Positions 1 through 8,662 of a stretch of DNA of 20,000 nucleotides are shown in pieces. The translations under genes and the position numbers were made by a program. The first letter of the stretch is position 1; each line of letters begins with the position of its first letter. The DNA is from an uncultured virus (IMG/VR IMGVR_UViG_3300025671_000003). Taxonomy: Duplodnaviria > Heunggongvirae > Uroviricota > Caudoviricetes. The DNA lies in the IMG/VR virus record IMGVR_UViG_3300025671_000003; one strand, given 5' to 3'. A model generated the notes under the pieces. That model saw only the letters and a list, made by a program, of their open reading frames with translations, was not told the origin of the DNA and did no database searches.

Positions 1-27
1 TTAATTTTGTAGTATAACTATTTGTAT

Positions 28-1047
28 ATGACAATATTTAATAAAGTAGAAAACGGTTTTCAAATCAATATTGATGATGAAATCGGCTTTTGGGGTATTA
101 CTCATCAAGACTTTACAAATCAACTTAACGAAATCGGAGAGCAAGACGTTCAACTTAATATAGCTTCATACGGTGGGGCTGTTTCCGATGCTTTTGCAAT
201 TTACAACTCTTTAAAATCTCACAAAGGCAGAATAGTAGCAAACATCTACGGAGATAGTGCTTCTTCTGCAACATTTATAGCTATGGCAGCAGATGAGATT
301 AGAATTGTAGATAATGCTTTGTTTTTGATTCATAATGTTTGGGGTGGTGTTACTGGTGAAGCTGATGATTTAAGAAAGGCAGCAGATGATATGGATAAAG
401 TAAACTCTAATATTATTGATGTTTATAAGAAAAGAACTGGTTTAAACAAAAACACTATTAAGTCTTTAATGAATAAGGGCGACTGGTGGACAGCAAAAGA
501 AGCTAAAGCTAATGGTTTTGTTGATGCAGTTGTTGAGCCAAGTGAAATAATCAATAGAAGCGAAACTGTTTTAATGAATTGTGCTAATGAAGAAATGAAA
601 GAAGCACTAAAAGAAAAAGTAAATCAATTAAATAATAATAAAAATCAAATCAAAATGACAGAAGAAAACAAGTCGTGGTTCTCTGGAAAGTTTGACGAGT
701 TAATGAACTCTTTCAATAAGAAAGAAGAAGTTGCTCCGATAGTTGACGAGCAACCAAAAGAAGAAACTATTTCAAAAGAAGAAGTTTCTGAAATGCTTAA
801 TTCAGTTAAAGATGAGATTTCTAAATCTAAAGAAGAAAACGAAGCTATCGTTAATTCTAAAGAAGAAGAAATTAAAAACTTAAAAGCTGAATTAGAAAAA
901 TTAAACGCTAAGGCAACAGAGCCAAAAGCAGAAAACAAATCTCCAGAGGGAGATAGTAAAAAAGAAGTTGAAACGACTTCACCGTTTATCAACAAAACTG
1001 TTGCAAGGTTAAATAATAAGTATAAAGGAATTTTAAAAATTAAATAA
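28..1047 (+). CDS. ClpP-like (S14) prohead maturation protease with C-terminal acidic/coiled-coil scaffold region
   Basis: Motifs INIASYGG-like LNIASYGG, GDSASSATFIAMAAD (catalytic Ser), LFLIHN (His), WWTAKEAKANGFVD; E/K-rich C-terminal third; directly upstream of capsid gene. ATG at 28 preferred over TTG at 22. Confidence 0.92.
   Translation: MTIFNKVENGFQINIDDEIGFWGITHQDFTNQLNEIGEQDVQLNIASYGGAVSDAFAIYNSLKSHKGRIVANIYGDSASSATFIAMAADEIRIVDNALFLIHNVWGGVTGEADDLRKAADDMDKVNSNIIDVYKKRTGLNKNTIKSLMNKGDWWTAKEAKANGFVDAVVEPSEIINRSETVLMNCANEEMKEALKEKVNQLNNNKNQIKMTEENKSWFSGKFDELMNSFNKKEEVAPIVDEQPKEETISKEEVSEMLNSVKDEISKSKEENEAIVNSKEEEIKNLKAELEKLNAKATEPKAENKSPEGDSKKEVETTSPFINKTVARLNNKYKGILKIK
655..1047 (+). 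CDS. Putative nested scaffold protein (internal in-frame start in protease gene)
   Basis: In-frame ATG at 655 preceded by AATAATAATAAAAATCAAATCAAA, like other A-rich starts in the window; downstream 130 aa are E/K-rich helical sequence. Confidence 0.55.
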   Translation: MTEENKSWFSGKFDELMNSFNKKEEVAPIVDEQPKEETISKEEVSEMLNSVKDEISKSKEENEAIVNSKEEEIKNLKAELEKLNAKATEPKAENKSPEGDSKKEVETTSPFINKTVARLNNKYKGILKIK

Positions 1048-1050
1048 ATT

Positions 1051-2082
1051 ATGGCTGATGTAATTGCTGCGTCAATGACGCACTCATACGCTGGAGAAGA
1101 ACTAATTAATGAATTGTTCTATCAACCGCAAGAAAACGTACCTGCTTTATCAAGTATGTATCGTTTTATACCAGTTAGAGGGGATAAAGTAAATGTTTAT
1201 TTACCACAAACTCTATCTAAAATATTAAGAAAATACTCAACTTGTGGATTTAGTGCTGCTGGTGGTACTACGACAATCGTTGATAAGACTTTATCTGTTG
1301 AAAAGATTAAAGCAAACTTAGAGGAGTGTGTTGATGCTTGGGATGACACTATCTTTGCTGAATTAATGAAAGGTGGAGTTAATAGAGATGATTTAAGTGG
1401 AACTGTTATTGATAATGTTATCAGAACACAATACTTAAAAGCTGCTGTTTCTGACATTCATAGAATTGCTTGGTTTGCTGATGCAAATGATGCTGATAAT
1501 GACTGGAACCAATTTGACGGTTGGATTACCAACTTCACAGATAGCTCTGCTACAATCGGAACTACTCGTTTTATTGATATGGATGCTACATCTTTTGAAA
1601 CTGGAGATGCTTTAGCTACTGATGGTGCTTTAGGTATTTTAAGACAAATATGGTCAGCTCAAACTGCTACATTAAGAGCAGTGCCAAATATGGATAAAAA
1701 ATTCTATGTAACTAATACAGTTATTGATAACTATGCTACTACTTTAGAAAATCAAGGAAACATTGAGGGACAAAGATACATTCAAGATGGTGTTGCTAAA
1801 TATATGTTTAGAGGTGTTGAATTAGTTGCTGTACCAGAATGGGACACTAACTTAGCTGACTCAACTAACCCACACTACACGGGAAGTGGTCTTGGTATCG
1901 GTTCAAACTTAATTGTTTATACTGCTAAAGATAACTTAGTATTTGGTTCTGATGTTGTTGAAGGTTCTACTTCATTTAAAGTAAGATATGCTGATGATGA
2001 TGATGAGAAAATGAAAGTAACAACTAAATTCAAGTTAGGAGTTCAGACTATGCATTACGAATATGTTTGTGTAGCATACTAA
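1051..2082 (+). CDS. Major capsid protein (HK97 fold, inferred)
   Basis: 343 aa, directly after protease/scaffold; features such as STCGF, FDGWI, YMFRGVELVAVP, NLVFGSD resemble Bacteroidota phage capsid proteins; followed by hairpin. Confidence 0.85.
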   Translation: MADVIAASMTHSYAGEELINELFYQPQENVPALSSMYRFIPVRGDKVNVYLPQTLSKILRKYSTCGFSAAGGTTTIVDKTLSVEKIKANLEECVDAWDDTIFAELMKGGVNRDDLSGTVIDNVIRTQYLKAAVSDIHRIAWFADANDADNDWNQFDGWITNFTDSSATIGTTRFIDMDATSFETGDALATDGALGILRQIWSAQTATLRAVPNMDKKFYVTNTVIDNYATTLENQGNIEGQRYIQDGVAKYMFRGVELVAVPEWDTNLADSTNPHYTGSGLGIGSNLIVYTAKDNLVFGSDVVEGSTSFKVRYADDDDEKMKVTTKFKLGVQTMHYEYVCVAY

Positions 2083-2091
2083 TATAATTAT

Positions 2092-2115
2092 AGAGGGGGT
2101 TTAAATACTCCCTCT
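2092..2115 (+). terminator. Stem-loop after capsid gene (terminator or RNA-stability element)
   Basis: AGAGGGGGT-ttaaat-ACTCCCTCT, 9 bp stem with one G-U; U-tract weak. Confidence 0.65.
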
Positions 2116-2136
2116 TAACTTAAAAAATTAATAAAA

Positions 2137-2703
2137 ATGGCAGAATTATCTAATGATATTCTTATAACGTGTGATGATGAAAACAGACGTGGTGGAATTA
2201 AGCGTTTATTTGTTATAAACAGAGAAAACGTAACTTCTTTTACTGCTGGTGCTTCTCACGACTATACTGCTGTTACTTTAGATGCTACTTCTGATGTTTG
2301 GTATGAAATCCAAATTGATGACGAAAGTGGAAGTTACAATGCAGAAGGGTCAAGAGAAAACGGAAGTTCTTTACAAGAACATACTGTTGAAGCAATGACA
2401 CCAAGAATAGACAAAGCAAAAGCTAAAACTTTACAAGAATTATTTACTTCGTGTAAATTGATTTGTTTAGTTGAAACTTATATTTCTACTGGAACTTATA
2501 ACCAATCTTTTATTGTAGGTTATGATGAGATATTAGGAAGTGATGCAGCTTTAAGAGCAAATATCACAACAATATTAGAGGCTGAATTACAAGGTCAAAA
2601 TGCATATATGATTACAATGAGTGGTAAATCTGGCGAAATTGCTAGAGAATACGTTGGCGACATTGACACTAATGCAAGTGGTACAGTTAGCTTCGGAAGT
2701 TAA
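2137..2703 (+). CDS. Putative major tail (tail tube) protein
   Basis: 188 aa, acidic, beta-rich; N-terminal C-x5-GGIKRLFV, SRENGS and terminal ITMSG pattern resemble Bacteroidota siphophage structural proteins that follow the capsid gene. Confidence 0.6.
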   Translation: MAELSNDILITCDDENRRGGIKRLFVINRENVTSFTAGASHDYTAVTLDATSDVWYEIQIDDESGSYNAEGSRENGSSLQEHTVEAMTPRIDKAKAKTLQELFTSCKLICLVETYISTGTYNQSFIVGYDEILGSDAALRANITTILEAELQGQNAYMITMSGKSGEIAREYVGDIDTNASGTVSFGS

Positions 2704-2708
2704 TAATT

Positions 2709-2735
2709 AGAGGGGTTTAAAATCCCCTCTTTATT
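2709..2735 (+). terminator. Intrinsic terminator-like stem-loop
   Basis: AGAGGGG-tttaaaat-CCCCTCT followed by TTATT; near copy of the 2092 hairpin. Confidence 0.7.
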
Positions 2736-2748
2736 AAAACAAAAATTT

Positions 2749-3018
2749 ATGTATAGAATTAAAGAGAGTGGTTTGGGTAAAAAGTGGTGTGGAGATGGTA
2801 TAATCATTTTAACACACGAATTAAGCCAAAGAAAACTAAAAAAATTATTCAACGCAAGATGCGAATTTATAGAAGAATATGAACAAGAAACCACAAGCGA
2901 GGAAACCGAGACATCGAGCAGTACCGCAAAAGAAAACACCGCAGATAAAAGCAATGGCGGTAACAACGGACATAAATCAAACACAAGAAAAGGAAGCAAA
3001 AAGCACAAAGCAGACTAA
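2749..3018 (+). CDS. Hypothetical protein overlapping the portal 5' end
   Basis: 89 aa ORF with A-rich leader right after the hairpin; C-terminal half low complexity and in the overlap. Confidence 0.55.
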   Translation: MYRIKESGLGKKWCGDGIIILTHELSQRKLKKLFNARCEFIEEYEQETTSEETETSSSTAKENTADKSNGGNNGHKSNTRKGSKKHKAD

Positions 3019-4186
3019 GTGGTTTCCATTTTTCAAGGATAGTGATAATATCTATATTAATGATTTAGCAGCAAGGGCTAAAAGAAGTCCTACTCACGGT
3101 GCTATATTACAATCTAAAGCAGTTTATACTGCTGGACAAGGCTTTTCGTATAAAGTTGATGGAGAAGATAAGCAGGAAGAAGATTTAGACGTTAAAACTC
3201 TTGATTATCTAAACGAAGTAAATAACAAAAGACAATCTTTACATTGGTTATTTAGCAAATCTGCTTATGACTTTATTTATAGTGGTAACGCTTATATTGA
3301 AGTTCATAAAGGTAATGAGTTTACAAGTCTATTTTATCAAGATGCAAGTAAGGTAAGAATAAGTGAAGAAACGGCTTATATTAGTGCTTATTGGCGTGAT
3401 ATTGAAAACCAACCAACTTATAATGATAAAGACTACCCAGTTGAAACATTAGAGCTTTGGAATGGAGAATTAGACACAACACAAAAAAAGTTTATTATAC
3501 ATCTTAAAAACGATGTACCCGAATACGATTATTATGGTTTACCAGAACATTTACAAATACTAAAATGGGCTGATGTAGAATATAAAATTGTACAATTCAA
3601 TCTTGACAAACTTAAAAACGGTTTCTTTCCAAGTGTTGCTATGGATATTGTTGGACAAGCTCCAGAGGGAATGACAGAGCAAGAATATGTTGATAAGATT
3701 AAAGACAGTTTTACAGACGAGGGTAACAATCACAAAATGTTAATTCAATTAGTTGATAGTTTAGACCAAGCAACTAATATAACTGAATTTACAACGGCAA
3801 GAGAGGGAGAATTATTAGAACTACAAAATTTAGCCACACAAACTATAATTGCAGGTCATAGATGGTTTGCAAGTTTAGCTGGTATATCTCAAGCAGGTAG
3901 TTTAGGTAGCAATCAACAAATAAGAAACGAGTACAATATAGCTTTAAAAGGTGTTGTTGTGCCACAATTTCAAAACCCATTATTAAGAATGTTTAACGAC
4001 TTACTTACAATAGCAGGGTTTGAGAATGTTAAATTAGGTGTCTTAAATGTTGCTCCAGTAGGAATAGAAGATAAAATTGAGCCTAAAGAAGTATTATCAA
4101 TTAATGAGCAACGTGAGTTGCTTGGGTATGAACCAATAGAAGAAAAAGAAGATGAGCCGAACAACGGAGATGATAACAACGACTGA
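2879..4186 (+). CDS. Portal protein
   Basis: 435 aa; SPTHGAILQSK, YDFIYSGNAYIEV, YYGLPE, NGFFPS, IIAGHR, VVVPQFQ, LSINEQRELLGYEPI are portal-type motifs. Alternative start at 2954. Confidence 0.9.
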   Translation: MNKKPQARKPRHRAVPQKKTPQIKAMAVTTDINQTQEKEAKSTKQTKWFPFFKDSDNIYINDLAARAKRSPTHGAILQSKAVYTAGQGFSYKVDGEDKQEEDLDVKTLDYLNEVNNKRQSLHWLFSKSAYDFIYSGNAYIEVHKGNEFTSLFYQDASKVRISEETAYISAYWRDIENQPTYNDKDYPVETLELWNGELDTTQKKFIIHLKNDVPEYDYYGLPEHLQILKWADVEYKIVQFNLDKLKNGFFPSVAMDIVGQAPEGMTEQEYVDKIKDSFTDEGNNHKMLIQLVDSLDQATNITEFTTAREGELLELQNLATQTIIAGHRWFASLAGISQAGSLGSNQQIRNEYNIALKGVVVPQFQNPLLRMFNDLLTIAGFENVKLGVLNVAPVGIEDKIEPKEVLSINEQRELLGYEPIEEKEDEPNNGDDNND

Positions 4187-4643
4187 GATTAAAAGTTTAG
4201 CTATTGTTGATGCAAATATTGATACGGCTTACTTTGACCAGTATATCTTAATGACTCAAAGAAAGTATATAAAACCTTTTTTGGGTGTTGATTTTTATGA
4301 TGAATTAACTACACAAATTGCAGGAGCTTCTTTAACTACTGCAAATGATACTTTGTTAGATGACTATATAAAACCAGCATTAGCTCACTATGTAGTATAT
4401 GTTTCTTTACCACAATTAAGAAGTCAAGTAGCTAAAGGTGGTGTGTTTTTAAATTTATCTGATACTGCTGATGCGGTTAGTGATTTAGGTTATGGACAAA
4501 TAAGAGATGATTATTTAGCTAAAGCAGAAACTTTTATAGATGAAATAGATAATTATATTAAAGAATACAGAAAAACAAATACTAACGCTTATCCGTTATA
4601 TTGTGGTAAACAATCACAAAACGGTGGGATAATATTATATTAA
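4152..4643 (+). CDS. Putative head-tail adaptor/connector (DUF6712-like)
   Basis: Follows portal; QRKYIKPFLGVDFYDEL and LLDDYIKPALAHY helical motifs. Start may be 4170. Confidence 0.65.
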   Translation: MSRTTEMITTTEIKSLAIVDANIDTAYFDQYILMTQRKYIKPFLGVDFYDELTTQIAGASLTTANDTLLDDYIKPALAHYVVYVSLPQLRSQVAKGGVFLNLSDTADAVSDLGYGQIRDDYLAKAETFIDEIDNYIKEYRKTNTNAYPLYCGKQSQNGGIILY

Positions 4644-4644
4644 A

Positions 4645-4926
4645 ATGGATGATAATAGTAAATTAATAGGAGAAAACGGTTGTATGTTTGTTGATAATTC
4701 AGCAACAAATCAAGATATTTATATGATTACAGTTTTAGAAGCTGCAACATTTACGACTTTAAAAGAAGGCTCTAACAAGTCTGTAACTGGTACAGATGTT
4801 ATGAGTGATATTAACTTGACTGGGAAAACTATACCAGCAGGAGCAATATTGACACCTTATGATGAAGTTTTTACAGATGTGACGGTTTCTGGTGGTAGTT
4901 TAATGGTTTATAAACTTGGGAAGTAA
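4645..4926 (+). CDS. Small beta-rich virion protein (possible spike base/decoration)
   Basis: 93 aa, T/V/G-rich, TIPAGAIL...VTVSGGSLMVY; in structural cluster. Confidence 0.45.
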   Translation: MDDNSKLIGENGCMFVDNSATNQDIYMITVLEAATFTTLKEGSNKSVTGTDVMSDINLTGKTIPAGAILTPYDEVFTDVTVSGGSLMVYKLGK

Positions 4927-5633
4927 TGCCTAGTATATATAAATTTTTAAGTCCTTTCGGAGTAAATAATACACCTTTCAACCCTTTAAGTGTTAGTGGT
5001 CTTCAATTATATTTAGCCAAAAACAATGCAACGGCTTCAAGTTGGTTAGACCAAAGCCCTAATGCTTTTGATTTTGTGCAGGGTACAGCAATACAACAAC
5101 CTACAGTAAGTGCTAATTCAGTAGATTTTGACGGTGTAAATGACATAATGGTTAAATCAGTAGCTAATGCTTATAGCGGAGATAGTGGTGGTATTATTTT
5201 TTTTAGTGGTTATAATACTGGAAATACACAGCGTTATTTATCTTCTTCTGATACTGCAACAGCTAATAATTGGCTTGGTTTTTCGGTGTTTAATAATAAG
5301 ATTGGAATTTTCACAGATATTGGTGGAACAAGTAATTTTTGCCAGTGCGATACGGTTATTCCATTAGGCTATTTTTACGGATATATTGAGTCTGATGGCT
5401 CAAGTTATGAAATGAGTGTTAACGGAGCAATAAATACATTCTCTGGTACAGATAACGGTAATTGGTTTGCAGATGTTGCAGGTAGAGATGCTTTAGAGAT
5501 AGGTGGTGTTTTAAGAAATTCACCTTTATACGGAGATGGGCAATTAAACAAAATATTATATTCCAATGCATCTCTAACAACATCTGAAAAAGCTGCTATA
5601 AATAGCTTTATGAGAGTACCAACAAATTATTAA
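4926..5633 (+). CDS. LamG/concanavalin A-like domain virion protein (fibre / adhesin)
   Basis: WLDQSPN..FVQGT..QQPT..VDFDGVND signature, LEIGG, and terminal LTTSEKAAINSF helix typical of phage LamG-like domains. Confidence 0.7.
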   Translation: MPSIYKFLSPFGVNNTPFNPLSVSGLQLYLAKNNATASSWLDQSPNAFDFVQGTAIQQPTVSANSVDFDGVNDIMVKSVANAYSGDSGGIIFFSGYNTGNTQRYLSSSDTATANNWLGFSVFNNKIGIFTDIGGTSNFCQCDTVIPLGYFYGYIESDGSSYEMSVNGAINTFSGTDNGNWFADVAGRDALEIGGVLRNSPLYGDGQLNKILYSNASLTTSEKAAINSFMRVPTNY

Positions 5634-5634
5634 A

Positions 5635-5886
5635 ATGAAAGCAATTATATTTAATACAGAAAATGAAGCAATAGAGCTTAACAACAATCTAACTGAATGT
5701 TGTTTAAAGTTGTTTGATAAAAAGACAACAAGTTATTCATATATTTTAAAACATCCATCTAAAGAATTATTTTGTGTTCCTATTGACGATAAAGGTATTT
5801 ATTCTGATGTAGTAAAAAAAATAACTAAGGCTTATGATGTTGATGAGTTAACTAAAGATTGGTTACCAAAAGAAGATGAATTTTAA
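5635..5886 (+). CDS. Hypothetical protein (possible fibre-associated)
   Basis: 83 aa ORF tightly coupled to the LamG-like gene. Confidence 0.6.
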   Translation: MKAIIFNTENEAIELNNNLTECCLKLFDKKTTSYSYILKHPSKELFCVPIDDKGIYSDVVKKITKAYDVDELTKDWLPKEDEF

Positions 5887-5909
5887 ATAGTTATATTAAA
5901 GTAATTGTA

Positions 5910-6116
5910 ATGCAACAACAACTAAACGATATGGAGAAAAAGCTGGATAGCATACACGATGCTTTAGTAGGCTCTAAATTAAACCCTAAAGGTGTGATTA
6001 AAAGAGTTGAGGAAGTTGAAGCATATCAAAGTAGAGATAAAAAGCAGAAATGGATGGTTGCAGGTGGTTTTATAGTTATTAGTGCTGTTGTTAAATTTTT
6101 TAAAGATATATTCTAA
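5910..6116 (+). CDS. Small coiled-coil protein with C-terminal TM helix (holin/XhlA-like)
   Basis: N-terminal coiled coil, C-terminal WMVAGGFIVISAVVKFF; upstream of endolysin candidate. Confidence 0.5.
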   Translation: MQQQLNDMEKKLDSIHDALVGSKLNPKGVIKRVEEVEAYQSRDKKQKWMVAGGFIVISAVVKFFKDIF

Positions 6117-6523
6117 TGGAATTATTAAAAAAGAATGTAGTATCAATAGTTTTGTTTTTAATTACCTCTTTGGGTGGTTTATGTTGGGCTTTAATACAAA
6201 AAGGGGCAGAAGTAGAGTTCAAAGACAAAGTTGCTAATGTAATTGAAGAAAAAATCAATTCTAAAGACTTTATGGATAAAGTAATGACTTCTAATTATAT
6301 GAAAGAGTACAAAGTTATTCAAAGAAAGCAAATGATAACAGTAATGTTAAACAGTAATGACAGTGCAAGAGTTAAGTTTTCAGCTAAATTAAGTGCTAAA
6401 ACTGGTTTAACAGTTGATGCTTTAGTAGATAGTTTAGCAGCAAGAGTACAAGAAAAGCAATGGACAGAAAGAGAGATAGTTGAATTAATAAGAATGTATA
6501 ATCGTAGAATAGCTATATTATGA
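6116..6523 (+). CDS. Membrane-anchored hypothetical protein (lysis region)
   Basis: N-terminal TM segment VVSIVLFLITSLGGLCWALI then helical soluble domain. Confidence 0.55.
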   Translation: MELLKKNVVSIVLFLITSLGGLCWALIQKGAEVEFKDKVANVIEEKINSKDFMDKVMTSNYMKEYKVIQRKQMITVMLNSNDSARVKFSAKLSAKTGLTVDALVDSLAARVQEKQWTEREIVELIRMYNRRIAIL

Positions 6524-6990
6524 GTAAGTTAGATTTTGACGCTTTAATACAAAGACCTAACCCAATTTCAACAGTTCAAAACATTGGAGAGTTAACCATA
6601 TATGAAGATATGGAGAAACCAATATTTGATTGTAAAACGGTTGAGTTAGGATGGCACGATAATGTAAGAAAAATTAGTTGTATTCCTAATGGCTATTATG
6701 AAGTAGTAAAAAGAACTACTGCAAAACGTGGCGACCATTGGATATTAAAAAACGTACCTAATAGAACTTATATTTTATTTCACGACAAAGTTAATTTTGT
6801 GGGAAGTAAAAACCCCAAAACTGGTCACTCAGATATAATGGGATGTATAATACCAACATTTGAGTTAATTGATTTGAATAAAGACGGCATTTTAGATATT
6901 GCACCACGTTCAAGCACAAAGGCTTTAAAAAAGATGAATGAAGCATTAAAATACATAGGTAAAGATAAATTTATTTTAAAAATTATATAA
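6520..6990 (+). CDS. DUF5675-family putative endolysin (L,D-transpeptidase-like fold)
   Basis: CKTVELGW..N...ISCIPNGYYEV, LKNVPNRTYILFH, SDIMGCII (His/Cys pair), STKALKKM; flanked by membrane-protein genes. Confidence 0.8.
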   Translation: MSKLDFDALIQRPNPISTVQNIGELTIYEDMEKPIFDCKTVELGWHDNVRKISCIPNGYYEVVKRTTAKRGDHWILKNVPNRTYILFHDKVNFVGSKNPKTGHSDIMGCIIPTFELIDLNKDGILDIAPRSSTKALKKMNEALKYIGKDKFILKII

Positions 6991-6991
6991 G

Positions 6992-7189
6992 ATGACTGAA
7001 ACAATTAAAAACGCAAAAACAAGACTATTTAAAAACTATGCAACTACGATAGTAGGATTAATTCTAATGTTAGGTGCTGGATATTTAGCAGTAATTGAAA
7101 AAGATAATGTTAATGCCTCTTTTATTGGTGGTTATGCTTTAATATTTTTAAGAAGTAAAGACAGTTTGATAGGGTTGAGTGCTAAATAA
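6992..7189 (+). CDS. Putative holin (2 TM)
   Basis: 65 aa, KNYATTIVGLILMLGAGYLAVI and ASFIGGYALIFL..KD; directly after endolysin candidate. Confidence 0.7.
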   Translation: MTETIKNAKTRLFKNYATTIVGLILMLGAGYLAVIEKDNVNASFIGGYALIFLRSKDSLIGLSAK

Positions 7190-7196
7190 AGTTTTA

Positions 7197-7227
7197 TTTG
7201 CAAATTAATTTATTTTGTTTATCTTTG
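7197..7227 (+). promoter_or_regulatory. Bacteroidota sigma-A-type promoter (-33/-7)
   Basis: TTTG (7197-7200), 19 nt spacer, TATCTTTG (7220-7227). Confidence 0.7.
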
Positions 7228-7231
7228 TTTT

Positions 7232-8203
7232 ATGGCAAAAACTAAAGGAGCAAAAAACATTAAACTTTCTACAAGTCAAAACCAAAGACTTATCGACTTA
7301 TACCAAAGCTCAAAGTCTAAGAAAGAAGTTCAGAAAATTTTATCAAAAGAGTTTGGTTGTACAGAGAGAACTATAAGAGATTTAGCAAGTAAATTAAATC
7401 TCAATCAAATAGCATCGAATATATCCAACGATAAAATAATGGTTTACGATATTGAAACAAGTCGTGTAACTGCTGATTTATGGTGGACTGGTAAACAATA
7501 TGTAAATTATAAACAAGTAAGCTCAGAGCCAAAGATAATTAGTATATCTTGGAAGTGGTTAGGAGATGATAAAGTTCACGCTTTAACTTGGGATAAAGAC
7601 CATTGTGACAAAGCAATGTTAGAAAAGTTTGTGCCAGAGTATAATAAAGCACTAATGGTTATCGGACAAAACAATAATATGTTTGATAACAAGTGGATAA
7701 AAACAAGAGCTGCCAAACATCGTATTCACGTTAATAGATTTGTAAAGAGTTTTGATATTTACAGAATGGCTAAAAGTACATTTAGGCTAATAAGTTATTC
7801 AATGGATTATATGGCTATGTACTTCGGTTTAACACCTAAACAATCACACGAAGGTATTTTAATGTGGGAGATGGTTGAGAAAGGCAATCCAAAAGAGCAA
7901 AAAGAGTATTTAAAAAAGATGGTAAATTATAATGTAGGAGATATTATAACTACTGAAGAACTTTACTTAACTTTACAACCGTACTTTAACAATCAGACTA
8001 ATGTAGCAGTAAAGAAAGGATTACCAAAATGGGCTTGTCCAGTTAGTGGTTCTTTAAATGTTAAATTACAGAATACAATATATAGTTCAATGGGTACAAT
8101 ACAAAGAATATTATATTGTGAAGAAAGCAAACAGCAATTTAAAGTAAGTAATAAGACTTACCAAGATTTTTTACAAAGAGCATCAACTAAATACTGGGAA
8201 TAA
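7232..8203 (+). CDS. HTH + DnaQ/RNase H-like (DEDDy) 3'-5' exonuclease
   Basis: N-terminal HTH (LSKEFGCTERTIRDLA); ExoI VYDIET, ExoII GQNNNMFD, ExoIII YNVGD; degenerate C-terminal Zn-ribbon CPVSGS...YCEES. Confidence 0.85.
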   Translation: MAKTKGAKNIKLSTSQNQRLIDLYQSSKSKKEVQKILSKEFGCTERTIRDLASKLNLNQIASNISNDKIMVYDIETSRVTADLWWTGKQYVNYKQVSSEPKIISISWKWLGDDKVHALTWDKDHCDKAMLEKFVPEYNKALMVIGQNNNMFDNKWIKTRAAKHRIHVNRFVKSFDIYRMAKSTFRLISYSMDYMAMYFGLTPKQSHEGILMWEMVEKGNPKEQKEYLKKMVNYNVGDIITTEELYLTLQPYFNNQTNVAVKKGLPKWACPVSGSLNVKLQNTIYSSMGTIQRILYCEESKQQFKVSNKTYQDFLQRASTKYWE

Positions 8204-8475
8204 TGAAAATAAGTAAATTAGAAGTAAATAAGTTAATATCTGATGAATTAGACTTATTTAAAGCTGAGTTAATACAAAAGAATGATGATTATAACAATAG
8301 TTTGCACCGTCCTAATATATTTAAACAAGAACCAATAGAGGGTTTAAAAGCTCGTATGAGTGATAAACTTAATAGAATAATATCTAAAGGCTTAGATGAT
8401 AAGACAGAGGACAGTTTAAGAGATTTATTCGGCTATTATATTCACTATAAAATTATGACTAAAGATGTTGTTTGA
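8203..8475 (+). CDS. DUF1599 / nucleotide-modification-associated domain (all-alpha NTP-PPase-like) protein
   Basis: KNDDYNNS, ARMSDKLNRI, EDSLRDLFGY match the KN.DYG.S / R..DK..R / D.L.DL..Y family pattern. Confidence 0.8.
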   Translation: MKISKLEVNKLISDELDLFKAELIQKNDDYNNSLHRPNIFKQEPIEGLKARMSDKLNRIISKGLDDKTEDSLRDLFGYYIHYKIMTKDVV

Positions 8476-8662
8476 GTGTTTTGTACCATATAGCCAAGCA
8501 GATGTAACAGTTATTGAAGCAAACGGTGGAGAAATAGAAGAATTTTACTTTAGTTTAGAGGAATTAATAGAGTATTGTGGGGAAGTAGAATATACTAAAA
8601 TGTCAATAGATGTAGATATGAGTGGTTTAGGCGTTGATATGACAACTTTAAAAGATAATTAG
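8465..8662 (+). CDS. Acidic hypothetical protein
   Basis: 65 aa ORF filling the gap between flanking genes. Confidence 0.55.
   Translation: MLFECFVPYSQADVTVIEANGGEIEEFYFSLEELIEYCGEVEYTKMSIDVDMSGLGVDMTTLKDN

Noticed and set aside
1045..1053. Protease and capsid ORFs in the same frame, separated by TAA-ATT
   Set aside because: TAA is a strong stop and the capsid has its own A-rich start; no evidence for a readthrough fusion.
2836..2872. A AAA AAA slippery-like site in the ORF after the tail-tube-like gene (tail chaperone-type frameshift into portal)
   Set aside because: Portal is in the +1 frame, not -1, and that frame has a TAG at 2870-2872 before the portal ATG.
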